This document shows positions 20,901 to 32,712 of a stretch of 64,000 nucleotides of DNA, one piece after another (the first letter of the stretch is position 1; each line of letters begins with the position of its first letter). The DNA is from Callorhinchus milii (Eukaryota), in NCBI RefSeq assembly GCF_018977255.1, contig NW_024704769.1, forward strand, positions 4,092,001 through 4,156,000. Direction: 5' to 3'. The notes beneath the pieces were generated by a model, which saw nothing but the letters and a program-made list of their open reading frames with translations, had not been told where the DNA came from and did no database searches. A program made the translations under genes and the position numbers.

Positions 20901-22578
20901 AGAATATATTAGAAGGTAACTAGTTAAGACTGCACCGAATACTAAACCACAATCCGTCACACTGAATCTTACTTAGTCTACTTAGTGTTTAACGGTTTAC
21001 AAAAGTTAATGCAGATAATAATAGAGAGCAAGCAGTCAGAAATCCGGGGGTATTCCAGTACACTTTACAGGCAACAAAAAGAATTGGAAAAGGAAAGGTT
21101 TATTTTTATTACATGTCATTTCTCTCACCGAACATAGTCAATCCACTTGACAGCACATCCTTTAAAGCACTTTGGTGAGACATCTCTACAACATAAGGTG
21201 TTACCAAACACCAACATTATTATACGGTGAAGCAAATTCGATTGAGAAAAGAAAACGTGGTTTAAAGACAAGGGGAGACCGGGTAAGGTGCTCGTCGGGA
21301 ATAAGCTTTGTGCGTCGAATCAGACGTGTTAAAAGGAGCTGCAAAAGCTTGGAAACGCGGGTCTCCGTTGCACATTAATTCTCAAACCGACCTCTAACTT
21401 GAAATGGGTTTTCCCCCCATTCGCCATAATTCAAAACACCAGCAAACAGGAAGCAAGTTCCCGCCAAGCGTCCTCAACCCGCCTAAACGGCGGTACATAC
21501 ACAGAGGGAGGGGGGGGGGGGGGGGAGAATGTCGGTTCGAGATCCTGAAACACCGGCATCTGACACACAGACAGGTCACGATTTACCGCCCGGCAGCACC
21601 GACCCACATGGACCCATACATTAGCTCACGGGTTTGAGGATTCGGACCCACTTTGCTCTGCCAAAGCCAGCAGGGTTCCTTTTATTTTTATTATTAATTA
21701 TTGTTATTATTATTATTATATGGGTTTATTGCTGAGATCCTGTTCCGGGAGTTCTCCTCGGAAGAGACAGGACGCTCACTGGTCTTTGCAGACGTTCAGT
21801 GGAGACGCCCAACGCTTTCCTGGCGTGTAAATCCCCCCCCACACACACACCCCCTCCCCACCACCACCCCTCCTCACTCCCTAAGTTCAACCACTCTCCA
21901 CAATATACAACGCCCCTACTCACTCCCTCACCCTCCCTCCCTCCAGTACATGATGTGGGTATAACACAACCCCCTCCCCTCGTACATAAACTACCCAACC
22001 GCTTACCCCTCCTGCACCCCCACATCCCCCCCTCCATCCAACCCCCCCCCCCCAACCACCCCATATCTGGGTATAACATACATTCTCTTCTCCCCCCCCA
22101 CCCACCACCTATATCTGAGTATAACATACATGAGTGTCCGGCTTCTCCTCTCAGCCTTTCGTAGACATAAACCTCCCCCCCCCAAAAAAAAAAACCCTTT
22201 GCCCCTTTTCCCCCTCAGATCCACGCGCCTCTCGCGTCGGCACACGCGCGCCCACATTGTCTCTCCTCGTGTGTACACACGTCCCTCTTCGACCCCCTCT
22301 CTCCCCCCCACACCCCCTCAGACCAGCTGCTGTCTGCTGCCCTTTGAACCTCCGCTTCCGGTCGGGGGAATGAATGGAGGCGGCGGCGGCGGCATCGTCC
22401 CGAAATGTGAGCGCGCGAGTGCCGTCCTCCTCCTCCTCCTCCTCCTCAACGAGACAGCGCGGCCGGAAGACAGCCCCCACCCCACCCCTCCGGAGACCAG
22501 GCCCCGGGTTTGCCACGGCGTCGAAAAACCCGAGGCGCGCGCTCGCGGCCTTCTCTCTCCTCATCGCCTCCCGCTTAC

Positions 22579-22830
22579 CAATTGACGACGCGATTCCAGT
22601 CGGGGCCTGAGGGCGAAGGTTCCAGAACAAACTCGCGAGGGGGCGCGGAGAGTCCGCCCGCCCGCCCGCCAATGTAACCCGCCTGTCCCCCTCAAACGCC
22701 GCGCCCAGGCCTCCGAGGCGGGAACTGTTCGGTCACGCCGGCAGAAAGTTTCAAGCCGATTGACGCTGGTCGTCGTCCACCGCCACCACGTTGCGGGACA
22801 CTCCGTACCCGATGCGAACCATCCGCCATC
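22579..22830 (-). other. SLC20A1: Probable non-coding exon 1 of SLC20A1
   Basis: Strong donor TTG|GTAAGC at 22578 inside the CpG island, about 280 nt downstream of a TATAA box. The 5' end is estimated. Confidence 0.55.
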
Positions 22831-22839
22831 TGCCAGCCG

Positions 22840-23440
22840 GCGCCGCGTCAGCGCCTCTTATACCTCCGACGTCACCGCGCAGCGTTCTGCGTCACCATCC
22901 CCAGCCCCGGAATCACGCGGTTGGCGCACGCGGGTGGGGGGGGGGACTCGTCTCGCACCCACCCCGACTACAAAGGGGAAGCAAAGGCTGGGCAGCTCTC
23001 AGCGGCTCGAGAAAGAGCGAGCGAGAGTGAGACGACTTTAACGGGACCCGCGCGCCTCACACACAGCTTTTTTGAACCGCACAACTGCTGTTGCAACTGG
23101 GGTGGGTTGGGGGGGGGGTGATTGACAGTGGCGACAGCCAGTCACGAGTCAGGTACAGGCACCCTCGGCGTATTCCACCAATCAGGGAGAAGCATGGGCC
23201 GCTCCTCGCCTCATCGCCCCAGCAACGGTGAATGATTGACGTGCGGCGACCAGTCGGTTGACAGATGCTCGCGCGGGCTTTTTTTTGGCTGCGACCGGAA
23301 GAACGGGCGGGGCTTATTTTGAATATGCGGGTGGTGGTGGTGGTGGTGGGGGGGGAGGACCGTTAATTGGATCGACGTGCGAGCCGGCCAATGGGAGAGG
23401 ACCGTGCGGTGACTGGCATTGGAGAAGGCCAATGGGAAGG
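22840..23440 (-). promoter_or_regulatory. SLC20A1 promoter: TATA box, CRE/ATF sites and CCAAT boxes in a CpG island
   Basis: Minus-strand TATAAG at ~22857-22862. TGACGTC at 22868-22874, TGACGCA at 22888-22894 and TGACGCG at 22844-22850. CCAAT/ATTGG boxes near 23178, 23388, 23418 and 23429, and a GC box near 23306. Confidence 0.65.
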
Positions 23441-24448
23441 CACGCAGTGGGTGGGTGGGCGTGTGTGTCCGTCCGACCAACCGCCCCAAACCGCCCGATT
23501 CCCGCTCAGACAGGACCTGAGAGACGGCGGTGTTCGTTTCGTGTGACAGAACCACCACTCCCCCCCCCCCGACCCTCCCCCTCATGGTGTTCACTCGCTC
23601 TTTTGAACGGAACAACAAAGTGTTGGGAGATGTCTGGGCTTTCCCCCTCAGCTCTCCCCCCCCCCACCGCCCACCGCCCGCAGAGTGGCTGAGAGGCAGT
23701 TCAGAGACTCCATTTTGAGAGCCAAAGACACTGAGACCTCAGGAGGAATGTATGTCCCACAGAGCGCAGTAGTAGATGTGAGGACTGGGCTTCCGACACG
23801 GCAGGTGATGATGCCAGTAATAGTAGTAATGATAATAATCCTTGCAGTTCACACAGCGGCTGTAATCACCGCACTGCGCCTCCTCCCGAGCGCTTCTCGG
23901 AGCTGCGCTGTAAAGTGTAGTGACTGTACGTCGTCAGTGAAATGGGGGGGGGGGTCGCCAATTAATTGCGCGCGGCGGTGTCCCGCAGACAGCGGTGGAT
24001 CCAGTGACGCGATTATTTGTACGTTGACCTCTGGAAAGCGCCCGAGGAATGCGTGCTGCGTATCGCAGGGTGTGGGGACGGTCGCAGAGTGACTTGTTGA
24101 CCGTAACGATCCTCACGTTTGACGTCGCACCGCATCACGTCGTTGCGTCGTCGTCACAGCATATACTGTATATTGTAGAGTGTATCGACTGTTTTTTGTG
24201 GGTGAAACGCTGAGGCCGATTCCCCGCAGTAGTGTCCCATTGAACTGTCGTGGATTGAAAATCAAAAGTCCCAAAAAGCAAGCGGTCCCTTGAACAGCTG
24301 GAGGAAAAGAGAGATGTTGAAGGGACACCACAGCTGAGCTTGTCATGGTCTTCTCTAATGTACACTTTCCAGCAAAGATCACGGAAACATGAGTAGAAAC
24401 CATGGCTGCCTTCTTTTTTTTACCCCTCCCCGTTGAAGGGGATTTGTG

Positions 24449-24768
24449 GAGTCCAGTAGCTCAGTGGTTAGAGCACTCGCTTTGCAAGTGAGAGACCTGA
24501 GTTCAATTCCAGGCAGAGGGCGAAACCTCGGGCAAGTTTCCTTACTCCACACAGAGCCTAATAATAATCCCTCCAAAACCAAAAACAATAATAAATTGGT
24601 CATTTTCAATCCATGACTGTCTGTGGGACATTGCTGTGCGCAATTGGCTGCCGCGTTCGCCCACAAATATACAGTCAATTCACTTTACAGTGTGTTCTGT
24701 GAAACACTTTGGGACGTCCTCCCGACGTGAAAAGCGCTATATCAAATGCAAGGATTATTATTATTATG
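24449..24768 (+). mobile_element. tRNA-derived Deu-type SINE (variant subfamily)
   Basis: A box (tagctcagtgg), B box (gttcaattcc), Deu-like tgtgggacattgctgtgcgcaattggctgccgcgtt, L2-like tail and (tta)n. Confidence 0.85.
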
Positions 24769-26334
24769 TGTTGATAAAAGGGAGATCAGAAGGGACGTTT
24801 GGAAAAAGTTTACAAAATAGGAAATATTACAGTCACTTTTAGTCTGACTTCAACCTCTGCATTGTTATTTCTTATCTTGAGCATTATTATTATTATTATT
24901 ATTTGAAATGTGGTCAGAAGAGGAAATAACACACAGGGGATGTTGCAATGGACTAAATGTAGGTGGCTGCAATAAAAATGCAATCTTATCAAGGCTTCAG
25001 GTGAGGTTAAGAACAAACAAACTAATTAGTGCAGTTGCCTGAAGGGTAGAGCAATAAAATGCAAGGGCAATGCATTTGATTCAGTGAGCAGTGTAAAAAG
25101 GAAAGTGGCTAATGGTTATTCACAATGCAACTCATGACCAATTGAACTAGCATCCTCTCACTTGTTGGACCTGCACTTAGTACAGTACAACTAATGTTTA
25201 TTCAAGTTATGCTTTGAGCATTCATTAATACAAAAGCACGAGGCTGGTTGATTTGGGTTTCATTGCTGACAAAATCACTTCCCAACATCACCTGACAAGT
25301 TAATTCTTCTTTAACATGCAATATTTATTTATGTACCAAGATGAGCCAAATATCATTACAACAGGACCTTGCAGAGTCCTTCAGAGAATAAGAGAATAAA
25401 GGCGTCTCTTTTGTTAGCAATGGAACCCGTTGATAATCTTGTGGTAAATTCCTCCACAGATTTGATTTAACCTTCACACAGATACAACATTGTTGAATTG
25501 TTTCATTTTTGGTCACAGTTTTGCCCTCTTCCTTATTTTATAATCTCTGCAGCTATGTGGTGACCTCGTGCACTGATGCATTCGTAGCTTCCCTCCCCAC
25601 TCAACCCCCCCACCCCCGGTGAGATGCTAATTTGTTGCAGAAAAGGGGGAGCAAAATAATATTAAAGTTATAACTGGAGAAATGAACTGAAGTTATCTCA
25701 CGTTCAGAATTCTGTTATTAGTACTGATCATATGGAATCCTGTAATGCAGTTGTTAGTGCGTTCATGTCGCAAGTGAAAGGACCCATATTCAATTAGGGT
25801 TGATTCTATAGTGGGGAAGTGGGATTTAATTGGACAGCTCTTTCAAAGAACAAGCACAGACACGACGGGCCGAATGGCCTACTTCTGTCCAATTCTATGA
25901 TTCTATGAGTTCCCTGGGTGAGGAAAACCTTAGGCAAATTTCCTAGCAGTAAGTAGGAAACGGTTGTTAGTCGATTGGCGGATTACTTTCCGGGGGTAAT
26001 ATCCCCACCGAACACCCCCCCCCCCCCTCAGAAAAAAATTTCATCCAATGTTTGACTGTTTGTGGAACACTACTGTGAGCCGCGTTTCTCCCACAAAACA
26101 CACAGTCATCAATCCACTTTACAATATATTCTGTGACTCTCTTTGAGAAGTCTCAATGATGTGATAAGACAACAACAACAAAATTACATTTATAGAGCAC
26201 CTTTCGCATCGGGAGGACATCCCAGAGCGCTGAACAGTCAGGGGTCGGGGCCCGAGCATGGGGGAGGGGGGTGTGTAGGGGTGAGGGAAGGCAGAGACAA
26301 TATATCAAATGCAAGGATTATTATTATTATTACG

Positions 26335-26893
26335 CCCTCATTACATTGAGGCTCGACAATGCAAACTCACTGCTTGTCGGCCTCCCCAACTTATCCAGAA
26401 CACTGCAGCCCGTGTCCTGTCCCGCACTAGGCTCCGCGACCCTATCACTCCCATCCTTGCCTAACTCCATTGGCTTCCCATCACACAGAGGATACAGTTC
26501 AAGATCCTGGTCCTCACCTTCAAAATCCTCCACGGTCTTACTCCCCCTCTCCGACCTCCTAACCCCCTACCACTCTGTTCGCTCCCTCCGTTCAGCGGGC
26601 TCCGTCCGGCCTGCTTCACATTCCCCACCTTGCTTGCCCCACTATCGGCGGGTGGACCTTCCGCCACTCTGCACCCATCCTCTGGAACTCAATCCTGCAG
26701 TCCCTCCATCTCGCCCCCTTCCTTGCCACCTTCAAGACCCTCCTCAAGACCCTCCTCTTCGAGCGTGCTTTGGATCTTCCTGCCCTCCACCCTCTCCCAT
26801 CCCAACCCTCAGCTCGGGTCCGTATGTCTGTCCAGGATCTTGGGACGTCCTCCCGACGTGAAAGGCGCTATACAAATGTAATTTTGTTGTTAT
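26335..26893 (+). mobile_element. L2 LINE 3' fragment (~560 bp)
   Basis: Degenerate L2 ORF2 C-terminus (ALITLRLDNANSLLVGLP..., ctccattggcttcccatcacacagaggatacagttcaagatcctgg), then stem-loop gggacgtcctcccgacgtgaaaggcgctat and (ttg)n. Confidence 0.85.
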
Positions 26894-28834
26894 TGTATAG
26901 GAGGAGACCTTAAATTAGATGTGTGTTGGTGTTTAGCTTTTTTAAATTATTGTGGCTAATGTGTCTTATCTCTGTGGGAGACGTCTTTTTTTGTGTGCAG
27001 TTGTTTATACCGAACAAAGATTTTACAGTTGACTGGTTGTGCTGTAGTTACTTTTTTAATCTATTGCCTTCTTGTCTTATCGAGAGTACATAGTGAAAGG
27101 CTTGTATGTTTCTTGCCAATTTCATGTAACGGACTCCAATCTCTGCAGAACTGTATACTATATGATATTTTGTACACTCCATTTTAAAATGATTTTCTTC
27201 CTTTTTTTAGGACTTTATATTCCTCATCCTGTTTTCGGGTCGAGAATACATACAGATTCCTGTCTCTCCCTTTGCTATGCAAATGACTACGGTAAGGTGA
27301 CCTTTTCTCCATTTTTTTCTCTCTCTACCCTCGCCCAATAACAAACACATTTCATATTACTCCCTATCTGTACATGGCCTTACTCCTTTGTCAGTTTATT
27401 TTTACTGACCTTAAGGCTCTGTGTAGATTTTGTATTGTGCACTATTGTGTGTTTGCCACATGTACCCTCCTGCACTGTTTCTACAATGTGGTAACCAGAA
27501 CTGTACACACTACAGTGTTGAGGTAGACTGGGAATGATTTGCACAGGCCCAGAACAATACTTTAAGGTACATCGAGGTAGCAGCACAAGAGGACATTGGC
27601 TGAGAATTGTGACAGACAATTTCAGGACAGATGTTAAGAAGTATTTCTTTACATAGAGGGTAATTAATGCCTGGATTAGGTTATCAGCAGCAGGCTGGCA
27701 CACAATATCCTGCATAAAGAATAAAGGATATCTGAGAGTCATCTTTAGGATAGAATAGAATCAAAAATATTGAAATTATTTGTACAGTGGAGTGAGCTGC
27801 AGGTTCACTCCTCACATAAAGCCTTCAGTTGGCTTTTATTTAGAATAGTGGATACCAGATCAATGTGGATCTAACACATATGTACATTATATATTATATA
27901 TTGTATGTATATATATATCATTATATATATATTGTACAGATATGTGCCAGAATTCTAGAATGTACTTCCTACTGAATTCTTGTTCCTGTTTGTCATTGTA
28001 AAATATTAAAACTGTATAACGTCTCCTCTCCGTGATTAAATAACAATGAACTATCCTGTTATTGGATGACATGATGTTGTCACCTAGTCATTAAAGCCCA
28101 ACAATTATCAGTTTACTCTCTGTCAACAAAACAAACGGATACATGCAGTGGAGCCAGTATGAAGGACTGCATCTCTCACATCAACATTTGAGTGGAGACA
28201 AAAAAAAAGCATTGCTCTGAAAAATTTCAGAACTTGTTTTTGTATCTTATCTGGACAGACCAGAGACACGGGCTTGGTGTTTCTCTCACACAGCCCCTTT
28301 GGATGCTTTAGTTCGTCTGTTTGCTGCTCTGCAAGTTGTTCTTAGATGGGATGTTCATGACAGGGTGTAACAGCGAAGCAACGAGTCACGATTAGAGAGC
28401 TTCTTATCTGCAGGTTACAGAGTAGTAGCAGGTTACAGAGTAGTAACCTGCAGTTAACCTGCAGCCCACGCCTTTGGTCACCTTCTGCCTCCTTGTGGCT
28501 CAGCCTGGGGATCCGTTACTTTGAGACACCGTCCAGCGTGGAGGATGCTATATAAATCCAAGTTGTTGTAGTAGTAAGGTGTAATAACATTGTGCTACAG
28601 ATATCAGAACATGTAGAGTGTAAACTGCATCTGTGTGCGCACGTATGCATGTGTGTGTCTTTCAATACAGCATGTACATGTTTGCGGGGATCAAGCTATG
28701 TATCTTACTGCCCGTTTGTGAGAGAATGAAAATCTAACCGCCGATTTTCAACCAAATCTGCACAGGAAATTATTGAGTTTGTGCGCAGGATATGTGTTTG
28801 TTAAAGGAAATTTCTAACTAATTGTGCTTTAATA

Positions 28835-29365
28835 ATAACAACAAAATTACATTTGTATAGTGTCTTTCACGTCGGGAGGATGGACAGTCAGACTTTCGGA
28901 CCCGAGCTGGGGGTCGGGATCGGGGATGGTGGAGGGCAGGGGGTTGGAGGAAGCGAGGTGATCAAAAGCACAGTCGAAGAGATGGGTCTTGAAGGAAGCA
29001 AGGGAGGGGGCGAGGCTGAGGGACTGCGGGATGTTGTTCCAGAGGGTGGGGGCAAAGTGGCAGAAGGCTCACCCGCCAATAGTGGGGCGAATGAGGTGGG
29101 GGACGTGAAGCAGGCCGGAGCCCGCTGAGCGGACGGAGTCAACAGGATGGTAGGGGTTTAGGAGGTTGCAGAGGTAGGGGGGAGCAAGACCGTGGGGGGC
29201 TTTGAAGGTGAGGACCAGGATCTTGAACTGTATCCTCTGTGTGATGGGAAGCCAGTGGAGTCGGGCGAGGATGGGGGTGATAGTCGCAGAGCCTGGTGCG
29301 GGAGAGGATACCGGCTTCAGAGTTCGGGATGATCTGCAGCCTGTGGAGGGAGGAGTTGAGGAAAC
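28835..29365 (-). mobile_element. L2 LINE 3' fragment
   Basis: Reverse-orientation homologue of 26335-26893. Confidence 0.85.
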
Positions 29366-32351
29366 CTAATCAAATCAGACCTCTCAAGGTGTCCTTGACA
29401 TACATAATGGAAGCCTGTATTTTACTGTTCCCCACTCCCTCTTTCTCAAGCTTATTCTTTCATTTTGCCCAGCTTCCTGCGACCAACTTTGTCATTCCCT
29501 TTCTTCAGGCTCACTGTCAGGCGTACAGCACAGTTGCACTGCGTGTGCTGAGTTCTGTGTAAATAGGGCAGATTTCTAGCTCATTCCTTGCTGCAGCCGC
29601 AGCATCAGAAAGTCTGGAAATCAGCACATCATTGATGAAGGTCACTACATCATTGCGGCACAATAAAGCCAAGCCACCGCAAGAACAAATAGATACAAGA
29701 GCTAAAGATCAGCCTGCTGTTGCAATAAAAATAGTTAGTAATAATTTGGTCATTCATTCCACGATTGTGTGACACTGTTGTGCGTAGGTTTCTGACCATT
29801 TTGTGGTTGTCATCTCGTTTAAAACAAAAAAAAAGGCTTTCACATTCAGTGAATTGTATGGATTTGTGGTTTGTGTTCAGTGATACGTGAAAATCTGCAG
29901 AGTTAAGCTGCCAACATCACTTTTGTAGAACCATTTAACGCTTGTATCAAGAAAATAATTGGTTGAAGTTTGACTCCATATGTGGGGAGTGGAAGGTATG
30001 CTGATTAGGACTATTCATTACCAGTTTATGTTTGTCCTCACTGACTAACAATCCTCCCTTCCAGCTTGCAGTGGCTCAATTGCATTTGTAACACCTCTGT
30101 ATTGGTCTACACTCTGGAGCTCCCCTTAAGCCTTGGCTCTTGCCAACCTGCGCCTAATACTTTCTGGAATTAGGTAAGTAGGATGTGTCCCTCCAGGGAG
30201 TGAGCGCACATTCCATTCCAACAATCTATCTCTGAGATTTCCATGTGTAGGTGACTTACAGGTAGAACAGAAATTGGGCATTCTTTGATCTGTTCCCTAT
30301 TTGTGATTTCTGCTCTTCAGGAGCATTGAAATATCCCTTTATTTCCCTGTCATTGAAATCTAAATGCAATATATCCTGGCTGTTTTTGCTCCCTAATCCA
30401 ACCTTAGGTAAAATAATTCTTTGAAGATGTGGGGGCACTGCTGGCACAGATTTATCTGCCCTAATGTTTCTCTACATTGTCGCATTCACTATATTTCAGG
30501 TGCCACTCATTAAGTGTTCAGATGTTAGAGACATTTCAATGTGGTAAGCCACTATATTAAATACAAGTTTGTTATTTATTTCAGATAATTTTCCCTTTTT
30601 CGATTAAATGCTTAATTTAGATCCATTCTATATCCTGTGATTCCACGGAATGCTTCCTGCTGTGTGTTGTTCCTAGGAATCTTGCTAGCACGGAATAACT
30701 GGCTGTGTAACATTCATCTTATTTCTGGTGAATCTCATTCTGTACTGTTACCCAACGATTAGAGGTTTATAGGAAATGGTGACTTTTTGATGTTATTGTT
30801 AGAAAAGATGTGGGAGAAGTAGGTGAAGTAATCATAGAATCCTACAGCAGAGAAAGAGACCATTCGGCCCATCGTGCCTGTGCTGGCTCTTATTCAACTA
30901 GTCCCACTCCCTCCCTCTTTCCCCATAGCCCTGCACATTTGTTTAGTAGAAGGTGCTCTGGTCACTGGAGACAACTGATCTCAACGTGGACACTGGTGAG
31001 AGAGGATAGCAGGAGGACAAAGGGAAGGAATGAAAATCATCCTGAACCATCTTCACATCTAGCAGCTGGTTACAGAGTGGGAGCAGAGCACCTCCCAACA
31101 CTCATGACAAAGGAATGGTGTAGGGTGACCGAAGAAAAGCATGTCTAGTGAAAGTTGAGAAACTGAGAATGTTTCTGTGTTGGACGACTGTAGCCTTGAC
31201 AAGGTGTGTGCTGTCTCTGAAATCCAACTGTTTCAGACGCTCGCTCTCGCTATCAAACTTGGTGCAAGGCTGTTTGGATTTAATTCTCCCTGTTTGAAAA
31301 GCTTTGCATTCCAAAGTTTATGTTGTTAGTTGCAGTGCATCATCTACGTGTTCTCATTTCTGATTTACAAAGGCTCCTTTATGTTCGGTTCAGTGTCACG
31401 TGGATTGTCTGGCACTAGGGGTTGATAGTGTGTTGTGGGACCAGTGTATAGTTCTTGCTAGCAGAGTCACGTGCCAGAGTATTACTGGAGTAAATTCTGT
31501 TTTTTTGTGGGAGTTTGTGTGGCACATCTTTCTGCAAGCTTTGCTCCACAAAAATGGGTGCGTTTCAAATATAACTCCCGGCTCAGCTTACATGGAAGCA
31601 GTGTCTGTGTGCACCAACAAGTAAGTGAAGCATAGAAATGGAGTAGCAATGATAAGCAGAATGTATCTAAGAAGTACATGACATGATGTATATAACATGA
31701 AGTTACATGGCACAGTCTGTATGAATTACAAGGCATGATGTATGTTATGTACATGGTACAAAGTATAATAACAGTCCTTGTATTTGATACAGCGCCTTAT
31801 CACGTCTTCGAGATGTCTCAAAAGCACTTCACGGAATACACTGTAAAGTGAATTGACTGTATATTTTGTATGTGAAATACATTGTACAATGTATATGAAG
31901 TCCAGGATATGATGTAAATGAGTGCAAACAATTTATTTATTCAATTTGTTCTCAAAATTTCAGATTTATTCAAGGGATCTTACGTCCCTATGAGGTCTCT
32001 GAGGGGATTCATCCTCTACTGTATAAAAAAAGCCAACGTCTAAATCTGCACCAGATTTTTTTGCAATGCATCATTCCATGAAATGAGCCCCGGATTTCAT
32101 TGGTATGACCTAACATCACACTCTGATCATTGTGTTATTCTTCAAAAAGATTAAGTATAAATATTCCAAACTCCCACCACACAACTGGTTAATCTGATAC
32201 TGACCCACATGCAGTAAGGAATCTAATGCACCACTTTCCCATTTATCAGAGATAGGAGCAATGATTTCCCCATCTCAGCAGCATTCTCTGGTAAAATTAT
32301 GCACAATCTGAAAACACACCTCGGCTAAAGCTGTCTTAGAACCACTTGTTA

Positions 32352-32712
32352 TAATAGTAATAATAATCCTTTCATTTGATACAGCGCCTTATCACGTCTT
32401 CGAAACATCTAAAAGCGCTTCACAGAATATACTGTAAAGTGAATTGACTGTATATTTTGTGGGCGAAACACGGCAGCCAATTGCGCACAGCAGTGGATTG
32501 AGTGACCAAATTATTATTTATTTTTTGAAGGGATTATTCCCCCGGAAAAGCGATCTGCCAATCAACTAACATTAGGGATCCTACTTACTGCTATGTAAAC
32601 AGAGGCGTGTGGAGTAAGGAAACTTGCCTAAGATTTTGTACTGCCCAGGAACCGAACCCGGGTCTTTTCGCTTACGAGGCGAGTGCTCTAACCAGTACGC
32701 TACAGGATTCCA
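32352..32712 (-). mobile_element. Near full-length tRNA-derived Deu-type SINE
   Basis: Head tcctgtagcgtactggttagagcactcgcc...gggttcggttcc, middle gcctctgtttacatagcagtaagtagg, Deu-like segment and L2-like tail. Confidence 0.85.

Noticed and set aside
21700-24120. Cluster of overlapping 60-170-aa ORFs
   Set aside because: Expected from stop-codon depletion in a CpG island; no recognisable domains.
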